From: Polyangiales bacterium
GTDB taxonomy: Bacteria; Myxococcota_A; Polyangia; Polyangiales; Ga0077539
Reading direction: 5' to 3'
Assembly: GCA_044229975.1 (NCBI GenBank)
Contig: JBGARZ010000003.1
Coordinates: 192,001 to 256,000 of the forward strand
Length of the DNA stretch: 64,000 nucleotides
The notes under the pieces are model-generated. The model saw only the letters and a list, made by a program, of their open reading frames with translations, was not told where the DNA came from and made no database searches. Both the position numbers and the translations under genes were made by a program. Every line of letters starts with the position of its first letter. Position 1 is the stretch's first letter. This document shows positions 40,919-52,109 of the stretch, in pieces.

Positions 40919-40973
40919 CACCGATATATCGGTGACAACGACATTTCGGTGACTCGCCACTGGCATTCCGGTG
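40919..40973. promoter_or_regulatory. Three palindromic enhancer-like boxes, consensus CACCGA-N4-TCGGTG
   Basis: caccgatatatcggtg (40919-34, perfect), caacgacatttcggtg (40936-51) and cactggcattccggtg (40958-73). Confidence 0.65.
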
Positions 40974-40998
40974 GAGCCCATCGCATGGATGAGCGCCC

Positions 40999-42573
<1,575 letters not shown>

Positions 42574-42595
42574 GGGAGAGTAAAGCCCGCGGCGA

Positions 42596-43477
42596 TCAGC
42601 GCGCGCCGGTGGAGAGGCGCAGCTCCTTGAGCTCGCCCGCGCGCACCACGCGCACCGTCACGCTGGCGCGCACCCGACCGTCGAGCGCGGCGACGAGGTC
42701 GCCCGGGCGCTCGACGGGCTGACCGTCCAACGCGAGCAGCAGGTCACCCAGCAGCACGCCGCCGGTCTCGGCCGGGCCGCCCGGTTCGAGCGCCGCCACG
42801 AGCAGTCCGCGACGCTGCCCCGCGGCCTCCACCAGCGCCTCGCTCACCCGCCCCGGAACCACCTCCACGCCCAGGTACCCGCGCCCGACCTTCCCGTTGG
42901 CCGCGAGCTCAGGGACCATCCGTCGCAGCGTCTCGGTCGGGATCGTTCCGCCGCCGCGACCGAGGCCCGCGGTGTTCATCCCGAGGAGCTGCCCGCGCGC
43001 GTTGGCGAGCGCGCCGCCCGAGAACCCGCGCGGCAGCGAGCCATCGACCTCGATGTACCGATCGATGCTCCCGCCCGCCATGGTGCGAAAGCCATCGCCC
43101 ACCGCCGAGACCATGCCGAGGGTCGCGCGAGCGCTCTTGCCCGGCCGACCCAGCGTCAACACGAGGTGGCCCACCTTCACGCCCGCCGTGTCGCTCCACT
43201 CGGGCGACGGGAGGTCCGTCGCGTCGACCTTGAGCACGGCGAGGTCGGTTCCGCGGTCGCGGCCGAGCACCTTCGCGGGGAGCGTCCGCCCGTCGCCGAG
43301 CGCGACCTCCAACGACTCCCTGCCCTCCAGCGCGTGGGCGGCCGTCACCAGCCAGCCCTCACCACCGAACACCACCGCGGACGACGACGAGCACCGCCCG
43401 TCGACCCGCGCCACGCTCGCCCCGCCGCGGGCCACCGCCGCCGCCATCGATTCAGAAACCTGTTCGAGATCGCTCAT
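42596..43477 (-). CDS. S1C/HtrA-like serine protease with PDZ domain, no signal peptide
   Basis: TAAH, DLAVL and GFSGG triad motifs; GYLGV...GGPAE.GG.L.GD PDZ. Confidence 0.85.
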   Translation of the reverse strand: MSDLEQVSESMAAAVARGGASVARVDGRCSSSSAVVFGGEGWLVTAAHALEGRESLEVALGDGRTLPAKVLGRDRGTDLAVLKVDATDLPSPEWSDTAGVKVGHLVLTLGRPGKSARATLGMVSAVGDGFRTMAGGSIDRYIEVDGSLPRGFSGGALANARGQLLGMNTAGLGRGGGTIPTETLRRMVPELAANGKVGRGYLGVEVVPGRVSEALVEAAGQRRGLLVAALEPGGPAETGGVLLGDLLLALDGQPVERPGDLVAALDGRVRASVTVRVVRAGELKELRLSTGAR

Positions 43478-43554
43478 GGACTTGCTTGTTCTTTCTGCGA
43501 CCGAGCACCGTGGGTCACGACGTGGAAGGTGACGATGGTTCGCAGGCCCAACCA

Positions 43555-43619
43555 TCGCCCGATGGTCGAGCGGGCGCGCCGCCCGATGGGGGAGGTCGCG
43601 CCCTGCCCGAAGGTGCAGG
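43555..43619. promoter_or_regulatory. Three operator-like boxes GCCCGAWGGnnnAG at 24-bp period
   Basis: GCCCGATGG at 43557 and 43581, GCCCGAAGG at 43605. Confidence 0.6.
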
Positions 43620-43661
43620 TCGCCTTGACCCTGGTGCGGCAGTGGCCACGCTCACGGGCCG

Positions 43662-44315
43662 ATGCGCGTCCGCCCCGAGCTCCTCGATGCCGATGCTCCG
43701 CTGCGGGTGTGCGTGCTCTCCGACGACGCCATCGCCCGCGCGGGGCTGACGGGCATCCTCGCGAGCGACGGGCTCGCGGTCGACAGCGCGCGCCTCACCA
43801 CCGACCTCGACGGCGCCCTCGACGATCACCTGGCCGACGTCCTCCTGCTCGACCCCGGCGCCGACCCCGCGCGGGCCTCGGCGTGGCTCGACACGCTGCG
43901 ACCGACGGAGGTTCCGGCGGTGGCGCTGCTGGTGGATGCGACGCGGCTCGACGAGGTGTTTGCGCTCGGGGTGCTGGGCGCCCTCCCCCGCGATGCGTCG
44001 GCCGCGGCGGTGCGCGCGGCGCTGACATCGGCGGCGCGTGGGCTCGTGGTGATGGACGCGGGCTTCTTCCGTGGGAGGTCAGCGCCGACGGGCGAGCGTC
44101 GCTCGACGGAGCCGATGGACGCGCTCACGCCGCGGGAGGTCGAGGTGCTCGCGCTGCTGGCGACGGGCATGCCCAACAAGCTCATCGCGCATCACCTGGG
44201 CATCAGCGAGCACACGGCGAAGTTTCACGTGACGGCGGTGATGGGGAAGCTGGGCGCGCAGAGCCGCACCGACGCGGTGATCCGGGCGGCGCGGCGGGGG
44301 ATGGTCTCGCTCTGA
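43662..44315 (+). CDS. LuxR/NarL-family transcriptional regulator with an atypical receiver domain
   Basis: LTPREVEVL.LLA.G..NK.IA..LGISEHTAKFHV..VMGKL HTH; receiver lacks the conserved Lys (GALPRD). Confidence 0.88.
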   Translation: MRVRPELLDADAPLRVCVLSDDAIARAGLTGILASDGLAVDSARLTTDLDGALDDHLADVLLLDPGADPARASAWLDTLRPTEVPAVALLVDATRLDEVFALGVLGALPRDASAAAVRAALTSAARGLVVMDAGFFRGRSAPTGERRSTEPMDALTPREVEVLALLATGMPNKLIAHHLGISEHTAKFHVTAVMGKLGAQSRTDAVIRAARRGMVSL

Positions 44316-44336
44316 TTTGTGGGGTAGGGAGCGGCC

Positions 44337-44738
44337 GTGTTCACGGTCAGCGAAGAAGTGCGGTTCTGTTACGGCCACCGGTTGATGGACTACGTCGGCC
44401 GGTGCGCGCGGATCCACGGTCACAACGCCCGGGTCGAGCTGGTGCTCGCCGCGAAGACGCTCGACCGGCGCGGCTTCGTCATGGACTTCGGCGACCTCGA
44501 AGAGACCGCGAAGCGCTTCGTCGACGACACCCTCGACCATCGGCTGCTGCTGCGTCGCGACGACCCGGTGATTCCGTCGCTCGAAGCGGCGGGTGAAGTC
44601 TTCGTGGCGCTCGATGGAAACCCGACGGCGGAGTTTCTGGCGAAGTATCTGTTCGATGAGCTGACGGCGCGGGGGCTGCCGCTCAAGGCCGTGCGCTTCT
44701 GGGAGACCGAGACCAGCGTCGCGACCTACGAGCCGTAG
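44337..44738 (+). CDS. queD: 6-carboxytetrahydropterin synthase / 6-pyruvoyl-tetrahydropterin synthase
   Basis: F.YGHRL, C.RIHGHN, MDFG, LDHR, NPTAE and WET motifs. Confidence 0.9.
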   Translation: MFTVSEEVRFCYGHRLMDYVGRCARIHGHNARVELVLAAKTLDRRGFVMDFGDLEETAKRFVDDTLDHRLLLRRDDPVIPSLEAAGEVFVALDGNPTAEFLAKYLFDELTARGLPLKAVRFWETETSVATYEP

Positions 44739-45034
44739 GACCACGCGCGCTTCGGCGCCCTCTTCCGAGACGCGGCACGTCCCCGGTTCGAGCGCCGACG
44801 CGTACGACGCGGAGCAGCGACGACGAGCGCCCCGCCGCGGACCGCGACCTCCCTGGGCAGCGTGAGCAAGTCGCGCGATCCATCAGGCTCCGCGAGGGGC
44901 AGCGCGCGCACGAGGGCGTCGGCTTCACCTGCCGTGAGCCGTGCGGCGAGAGTTCGGGTGTCCCACGTCGCCGTGCCCGCATCGAGGGCGGCCCGCGCAC
45001 CGTCGTCGGGCGCCACCGTCCATCCGTGGGACAT
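44726..45034 (-). CDS. Doubtful small ORF or gene fragment
   Basis: First two-thirds look coding; the Arg-rich tail looks out of frame and overlaps the queD end. Confidence 0.25.
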   Translation of the reverse strand: MSHGWTVAPDDGARAALDAGTATWDTRTLAARLTAGEADALVRALPLAEPDGSRDLLTLPREVAVRGGALVVAAPRRTRRRSNRGRAASRKRAPKRAWSYGS

Positions 45035-45101
45035 GAGAGCGTCGGTGACCGTCACCTTCGGAGTCGCCGCGGCGTCGGCGAGGCGGTACCGTCGACCCGC
45101 G

Positions 45102-45560
45102 ATGGATCTCTTCGACGAGTTCAGCGCGATCATCGCGACGCTTGAAGACGCTGGGGTCCCCTACGCCGTCTGCGGTGGGATGGCGATGGCGATTCATGGG
45201 TTCCCGCGCGCCACCGTGGACGTCGATCTGCTGGTTCCGCTGGATGCGGCGGAGCGCGTCTTCTCGTCGGTGCGCCCGCTTGGCTATGACCTCGTCGCAG
45301 ACCCGATGACCTTCGCAGATGGTGCGGTCGAGATGCGGCGTGTGACGAAGATCGACCCCTCGGCGGGAGATCTCCTCAGCCTCGACCTCGTGCTGGTCAC
45401 CCCAGCGGCAGCGGCATCGTGGGAGTCGCGGATGCGTGTCTCGTGGGAGCGCGGTGCCCTTACCGTGGTGTCGCGCGCCGGCCTCGTCGCCTTGAAGAAG
45501 CTTCGGGGCTCAGGCCAGGATCAGGACGACATCCGCAACCTGGAGAGCGTCGATCCGTGA
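45102..45560 (+). CDS. Nucleotidyltransferase-fold protein (DUF6036/AbiEii-like NTase)
   Basis: YAVCGG.AM..HG.PRAT.DVD catalytic motif; LVALKK..G..QD.DDI..L C-terminal motif. Confidence 0.8.
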   Translation: MDLFDEFSAIIATLEDAGVPYAVCGGMAMAIHGFPRATVDVDLLVPLDAAERVFSSVRPLGYDLVADPMTFADGAVEMRRVTKIDPSAGDLLSLDLVLVTPAAAASWESRMRVSWERGALTVVSRAGLVALKKLRGSGQDQDDIRNLESVDP

Positions 45561-45784
45561 GCGTCAGCATGTCGTCCCACGACGTCACCATGCGCCTGCG
45601 TCGCGTCTCGCAGTTGCGACGTCTCTGCCTCGCCCTCGCGCGGAGTCGCCCCATCGGTCCGCTCGGCGTCGACCCCATCGCGAAGACCGATGCAGGTGCG
45701 GTGCTGCCGGTGAGCGCGGCGACTCCAGTCGCGGAAGTTGTTGAGGCAGCTCGCACGCGGTCGACGATCGAAAACGGCGGGTAG
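45557..45784 (+). CDS. Small basic helical protein translationally coupled to the NTase
   Basis: GTGA overlap with the NTase stop; MSSHDVTMRLRRVSQLRRLCLALA. Confidence 0.6.
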   Translation: MSVSMSSHDVTMRLRRVSQLRRLCLALARSRPIGPLGVDPIAKTDAGAVLPVSAATPVAEVVEAARTRSTIENGG

Positions 45785-45845
45785 GGAAACGCCCCGGTCA
45801 CGCCCGCCGTCCAGTCGCCGCAACGCGAGATGGTAGCCTCGCGGG

Positions 45846-46403
45846 ATGCGACACGTCGTGGCGCTCGCGGGGTGGTTGGTGGTGGCGCTTCCTGGTCGTC
45901 CCGCTGACGCTCAACATCGGCGCCGTCCGCACCATCGCGCGGAGCTGCACGCCGACGCAGCGATCTTCCGCCGTTGCGGGCCGCCAGTCCGCGAACCCAG
46001 GACGGCACGCGACATCGATCCGGTTTTCGTGGCCGGGATGGCGGAACTCCTCATGAGGGACCCCGCCAGGCGGTACCGCTGGCCTCCGACGTCGCCCTGC
46101 TTCCGCGAGCAGGAGGAACGGCTGCGGCTGGACCGTGCCATCCCAGCGTTCTACGGCACCCGCGTGGTGCTCACCTGCTGGCAGAACGTGATCCGGTTGG
46201 ACCCGTCCGTGCGCGATACGACGGTCCGCATTGCGCTGGCCGTCGACCCGTCGGGAGCCGTCACCGTCGCCAGGGTCGCCGGCAGCCCCGACCCGCGCTT
46301 CGACGCGTGTCTCAACGCGCTTCCCCGCACCCCCGTCCCCTCCGTCGGGCCTGGGCCGCAAGCCGAAGCCGAGGTCACGGTGCACCTCACGAGGGGCGGG
46401 TGA
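45846..46403 (+). CDS. Secreted hypothetical protein with a TonB-C/AgmX-C-like C-terminus
   Basis: Signal peptide; C....IRLDP....TVRI.L.VDPSG.V..A......FDACL pattern. Confidence 0.5.
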   Translation: MRHVVALAGWLVVALPGRPADAQHRRRPHHRAELHADAAIFRRCGPPVREPRTARDIDPVFVAGMAELLMRDPARRYRWPPTSPCFREQEERLRLDRAIPAFYGTRVVLTCWQNVIRLDPSVRDTTVRIALAVDPSGAVTVARVAGSPDPRFDACLNALPRTPVPSVGPGPQAEAEVTVHLTRGG

Positions 46404-46452
46404 ACGTGATCGAGGTGAAGAGCGAAGGTGCCTGCATCCGAGCGCAGTTCCG

Positions 46453-46902
46453 TCACTCGATGTCGGCGAGGTCGACGCTCGTCCCGATGCGCTCGCACTC
46501 CAGCCGGAGCGCGGCCTTGTCGAGCAACCCCATCCGATGGCCCCGCAGCAGGAACCGGTAGCCCGCGTCGCGCAGCCGCCGCCGCGCCGCTTCGACCTCG
46601 CGCGCGTTGATCAAGACCGGCGGCGTCGGCGGCTCCAGCTCGGTAGCGAACTCGCACCTGCCACGGCACTGCGCGCAAAGGGTGCCGACCACGACCTTGT
46701 GCGCCGCCACCCACTGCGCCTGGGCGTCGCGCATGCGCGCGAAGCGGCGCGGATAGCCGTCGAGTACGGCGAGCGCGTGGCGCACCTCGTCCATCCAGAA
46801 CTCCAGGTTCGCCAACTGCCCGACCACCTGATACCCGAACGCGGTGGTGAACTTCTCGAGCTGCGCGGCGAGGTCGTCGGCGCGATCGATCGTGTAGGCC
46901 AT
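46453..46902 (-). CDS. Hypothetical protein with CxxCxxxC motif
   Basis: GC3-rich ORF containing GQLANLEFW.DEV and CAQCRGRC. Confidence 0.7.
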   Translation of the reverse strand: MAYTIDRADDLAAQLEKFTTAFGYQVVGQLANLEFWMDEVRHALAVLDGYPRRFARMRDAQAQWVAAHKVVVGTLCAQCRGRCEFATELEPPTPPVLINAREVEAARRRLRDAGYRFLLRGHRMGLLDKAALRLECERIGTSVDLADIE

Positions 46903-46956
46903 GGCGACGCGGATGTTGCCACGGCGAGCGCCGCGGTCGGCGTCGCGCGCCTAGTC

Positions 46957-47766
46957 TCAGTGCCGATGATGGCGGTGTCGGCGTCGGGGCTCTTCTTCGG
47001 CACGCACAACCGGCGCGGCGACAGGCGCCATCGGCGGCTGATAGACCGGCGCGGCCGGAGGCGCGGCGACCATCGGCGCCTGGTTGACGTGGGCCGTTGG
47101 GGTCGCGCTCATCGAAGGTTGCGCGGCGGCGCTCGGGGGCGAGGACGGACTCGTGAACGACGGCAACGAATCCTTGAGCAGCGCGACGGCGACCAGGCCC
47201 ACCTGGAGTGCGATCAGCACGCCGGGCACGGCGAAGATCTTCCACGCGGGCGTCCGCCCCAGCGTCACGGCCGGACCGCCGCTCGCGTCCACGCCCATCA
47301 CGTTCTTCCCGCCGTCGGCGTTGACCTGGGCGAAGGCTGACGCGTAGCGACCGGAGTCGAACCACAAGGTGTACTCGGTCGCGTAGAAGCCCTCCATCTT
47401 CACGGGCGCGCCCATGCACTCGCACGACTGCCCGCGGCCCGCGCGAGCGGCTGCCTTGCGCCACAGGTAGAACGCGAGAGCGAAGGGGAACCACAGCGTG
47501 ATGAGCGGGAACAACCCCGTGCAGGCCATCGCGATGACGATGATGCCGTTGACGATGAGATGCCGCGTGAGGTCGGGCTCGGTCTCGCAGTGCCGCTTGC
47601 ACGCCTGACAGATGCGGAACTCGAAGGCCCGCGTCGTGGTGTGGACGACCCGCTTGCCACGCGACTTCGACGCGGACGCGACGATGCCGACCTCGGCCTG
47701 GTACCCGCAACACAGGCAGAAATGCGGGAGCAGGATGTTGTTCGCGGAGATCTGCACGCGGGGCAT
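46957..47766 (-). CDS. Hypothetical membrane protein with CxxC pairs (Zn-ribbon-like) and a Pro-rich tail
   Basis: SD GGAGG; CLCC and CQAC motifs; three hydrophobic segments. Confidence 0.7.
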   Translation of the reverse strand: MPRVQISANNILLPHFCLCCGYQAEVGIVASASKSRGKRVVHTTTRAFEFRICQACKRHCETEPDLTRHLIVNGIIVIAMACTGLFPLITLWFPFALAFYLWRKAAARAGRGQSCECMGAPVKMEGFYATEYTLWFDSGRYASAFAQVNADGGKNVMGVDASGGPAVTLGRTPAWKIFAVPGVLIALQVGLVAVALLKDSLPSFTSPSSPPSAAAQPSMSATPTAHVNQAPMVAAPPAAPVYQPPMAPVAAPVVRAEEEPRRRHRHHRH

Positions 47767-47851
47767 TGGGGATGGTCCCTCCTGACCCGAGACGCTACCG
47801 CAGACGTCCGCGGATGACGCTGGCTACGAGCGGGGATTGGCGCGACGGCGG

Positions 47852-48456
47852 TTACCGGTCGCGGAAGCTGGCGTCGAAGGCGCCGGAGCCGCCACCCGCA
47901 TCGCGAACTCCGATGTTGCAGTCGAGGCACCAGCTCGTGACGTAGTTTGGCCCGTAGCAGACGACGTCACCGTCAACACAGTGGCAGCCACGGATGACGT
48001 CGGTTCGCGGGAAACTGCGTTCGAGCGTGGGGCACGGGCCGCGCAGGTGCAGCGTGACCTGCGTGTCGAACTCGCAGGACGGCGCGAAGTTGCAGCACGC
48101 GCGGATGGTGTCGCAGGTGTCTGGACCGGAGAACCCGTGCCCGATCGCGATGGCGGTTGGACAGTTCGTCGCGGGGTTGAGTCCGAGGATCGTGGGGAGG
48201 CTCTCGTCGATCGAGGGACACTGAAGCGGAACAAGCGGCCCCGGTCGCTCGGTAGCAGCACGGTGTCCACCGCCCTCCGGTCCGATAGCGCCACGTCGAC
48301 CGCATCAATGGCGCTGCGTTCGTCGACCACATCGATCACATCGATCATGTGGCCTCCGTCGAACCCGGGCGCCTCTTCGCCCAGGGACGCATCGGTCGGA
48401 GGAGGCGCCCCACCGCACGCCGCCATCGCGGCCAGCGCCCCTGCCACACCGAACAT
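47852..48456 (-). pseudogene. Cys-rich lipoprotein gene interrupted by a 1-nt deletion frameshift (or a sequencing error)
   Basis: Lipobox MAAC in the 5' frame; after the G4 run at 48239-42 another frame gives a Cys-rich protein ending at TAA 47854-52. Confidence 0.6.
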
Positions 48457-48480
48457 CCCCCGAGGCCCGGCGCGTCCGCA

Positions 48481-49581
<1,101 letters not shown>

Positions 49582-49673
49582 CGTGCCCACGGGTCTACAC
49601 CAGCGGGGCACCGCTCGCACCAAAGCTCTCCGCGTTGACGCCGAAGGTCGCGCGCGGTTACTCGCTCCCCATC

Positions 49674-50447
49674 GTGAAGAACGCCCCCGACGAACGACTC
49701 TCCCCGTGGCTCCGCGAGGCCGTGACTTGCGAGGTGGCGGTGGCCCTCGACGACGTGGTGACCCTCGACGCGCGCAACACCGCGCGGCTCCAGTATCGGG
49801 GCGTCAATGCGAAGGAGGCGTTCACGCTGCGCGACGGGGTGGGGCGCTTCTTCCGGGCGTCGCTGCGCGCGTACGAAGGAGCGGTTGCGACGGCGCTCGC
49901 CTACGAGGCGATGGAGGCCGACCCGGAGCCGCCGGTGGCGATCACGTTGTTCAATGCTGTTCCGCAGCGGCAGCGGATGTTGTGGGTGGTGCAGAAGGCG
50001 GCCGAGCTCGGGGCGACGGCGATACAGCCGGTGTTCACCGTGCGCTCGGTGCAGGCCGACGGGCTCGCGCACGAGAAGGCCCACGCGTGGCCAGGACAGG
50101 CCATCAAGGGGTCACGACAGTGCCGACGCGCCATCGTGCCCGAGGTGATGCGCGCGCTCTCGCTGGCCGATGCGCTCAAGACTCCGGCGTGGACGGAGGC
50201 GTCGCTGCGGGTGGTGGTCGATGACCGCGCCGAGGCCGCGGTGGTGACCTCCGCGGAGGCGCCGACGCGCCTCGCGCTGATGGTCGGGCCGGAGGGTGGG
50301 TTCAATGCTGCCGAGCGCGAGATGATGCGCGAGGCGGGGGCGGCGATGTGGCGGTTGGGGGCGCGCGTGATGCGAGCGGAGACGGCGTCCATCGCGGGGC
50401 TGGTGGTGTTGCAGCACCGCTTCGGCGACCTGACGGTCGCGGGGTAG
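49674..50447 (+). CDS. rsmE: 16S rRNA m3U1498 methyltransferase RsmE
   Basis: QKAAELG...I.P..T.RS, RQCRR..VP, VGPEGGF and LG.RVMRAETA motifs. Confidence 0.88.
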   Translation: MKNAPDERLSPWLREAVTCEVAVALDDVVTLDARNTARLQYRGVNAKEAFTLRDGVGRFFRASLRAYEGAVATALAYEAMEADPEPPVAITLFNAVPQRQRMLWVVQKAAELGATAIQPVFTVRSVQADGLAHEKAHAWPGQAIKGSRQCRRAIVPEVMRALSLADALKTPAWTEASLRVVVDDRAEAAVVTSAEAPTRLALMVGPEGGFNAAEREMMREAGAAMWRLGARVMRAETASIAGLVVLQHRFGDLTVAG

Positions 50448-50452
50448 ACCGA

Positions 50453-51385
50453 CTACGGCGGCGGGGCGATGGGCGCGCAGGTGGAGACGCCGGCACCGAC
50501 GATGCGGAAACCGATGTCGACCATGTACCGCGGGTCGACGGAACCATCGGACGGGCGGTAGCGCGTGACGTTGCTGGTGCGGCCCAGCGCGGGCGCCGTG
50601 TAGAGGAAGAAGTCGCCGCCCCAGAACGAGAACGCCCACGCGGACGGCGTCTCGACGCCGGCGAGGGCCTGGGTGCTGATGATGGTTCCGGTGGTCTTGT
50701 CGATCTGCGCGACCTGCACGGGCGTGGTCGTGAAGAAGCCGTAGAGACGGCCGTCTCCGGTGCCCGTGAGCTCGGCGTCGCGCCCGCGCAGCGCACCCGA
50801 GAACTGCCCGATGGGGACGAGCGTCGGCGGATCGACGCGGCCGAGGCCCTGCGTACCGCTGCCCGTCCCGGTGACGAAGAGCGCCTCCTGCGGGTCGTCG
50901 ATGCCCGCCGTGGAGAAGCCCATCCCGAGGCGATACCAGCCCGCCGGGAGGCCGATGCCCGCGCCGGGGATGCAGCTCGCGTCGCTGGTGTTGACACGGA
51001 AGATCGCGCCCGCGCTGTCACCGAAATCCGAGAGCACGTAGTTGACCCACGCGACGGCGTTGCGATCGATGGCCATGGAGTTGGGGCGCATCTGGCCGCC
51101 GCCACACGTCATGCGGCCGATGCGCGTGAACTCGCGGCGGTTGGGGCGGAAGCTGTAGAGGTCGTTCTCGTCGGAGAGCACGTAGACGAGCTGCGCGGCC
51201 TCGCTGCACCCGGGAGCAAACCCGGAGTCGCGCTGCGGAATCGGACGGATCGCTCCATCGGCGAGGGTGGCGCCCGCGTCGACGGCTCCGTTGACCGACC
51301 CGCCGTCGGCGAGGAAGAGGGTCCGGGTCTGATCCGCGCACCCGAGCAGGGTTGTGATGAGGAAGGGAAACAGCAGTGCGCGCAT
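50453..51385 (-). CDS. Myxobacterial lipoprotein (probable beta-propeller)
   Basis: Lipobox LLGC; SMAIDR, ELTGTGDGRLYGF, AFSFWGGDF and IVGAGVSTCAP segments. Confidence 0.75.
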   Translation of the reverse strand: MRALLFPFLITTLLGCADQTRTLFLADGGSVNGAVDAGATLADGAIRPIPQRDSGFAPGCSEAAQLVYVLSDENDLYSFRPNRREFTRIGRMTCGGGQMRPNSMAIDRNAVAWVNYVLSDFGDSAGAIFRVNTSDASCIPGAGIGLPAGWYRLGMGFSTAGIDDPQEALFVTGTGSGTQGLGRVDPPTLVPIGQFSGALRGRDAELTGTGDGRLYGFFTTTPVQVAQIDKTTGTIISTQALAGVETPSAWAFSFWGGDFFLYTAPALGRTSNVTRYRPSDGSVDPRYMVDIGFRIVGAGVSTCAPIAPPP

Positions 51386-51467
51386 GGCATCGGAATGTCC
51401 CCGAGCCGTCGCCCGGGCGTCAAGCAGAGTTGGCGCGCGGCGTCATCGCGGTATCGTCGCGTCCCCG

Positions 51468-52070
51468 ATGGGCGACCCGCGGCTGACCGCCCTGCAGACC
51501 GACCGGAGCAACGAGGCGATCCTCACGGTGCTCCGCCGCGCGCTGCCCGACCGCGGCCTCGTGCTCGAGCTCGCCAGCGGCGACGGCGGCCGCACCGTCT
51601 TCCTCGGGGCGACGTTTCCGCGGCTGGAGTGGCAGCCCTCGGAGGCCGACGCCGAGGCCCGCGCCCAGATCGCCGCGGCCGTGCTCTCCAGCGGTCGGCG
51701 CAACGTCCACATGCCGCTGGAGCTCGACGTCACCGAGGCCCCGTGGCCGCTCTCCGAAGCCGAAGCGCTGCTCTGTGTCGACCTCCTCCACTGCGCGCAC
51801 TGGGACGCCTGCATCGGGCTCCTCGATGGGGCGCGGGTGCTGTTGCCCGACGGCGGTCCATTGGTGATCCACGGACCGATGCGGGTGGGGGCGGGCCCAT
51901 CGCCCCGGCTCGATGACCTCGACCAGGCGCTGCGGGAGCTCGACCCCGACTGGGGCGTGCGGCGCCTCGACGAGGTCGTGCGCGCGGCGTCGAAGCGCAA
52001 GCTGCGGCTGGAGGAGTTCTCCGGCGGGGACGAGGTCGGCGCGACGTTGGTGCTGCGCCGCGACCTGTAA
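51468..52070 (+). CDS. DUF938-family SAM-dependent methyltransferase
   Basis: VLELASG.G, WQPSE, LDV...WP and F/LD..LR..DPDWGVR motifs. Confidence 0.8.
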   Translation: MGDPRLTALQTDRSNEAILTVLRRALPDRGLVLELASGDGGRTVFLGATFPRLEWQPSEADAEARAQIAAAVLSSGRRNVHMPLELDVTEAPWPLSEAEALLCVDLLHCAHWDACIGLLDGARVLLPDGGPLVIHGPMRVGAGPSPRLDDLDQALRELDPDWGVRRLDEVVRAASKRKLRLEEFSGGDEVGATLVLRRDL

Positions 52071-52109
52071 CGCGTTTGTCCTACAACCCGGGGCGGACAT
52101 CCCCATAGG

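Noticed and set aside
44726..45133. Possible frameshift restoring a longer gene on the minus strand
   Set aside because: The alternative frame runs without a stop antisense through queD, so no clean reconstruction is possible
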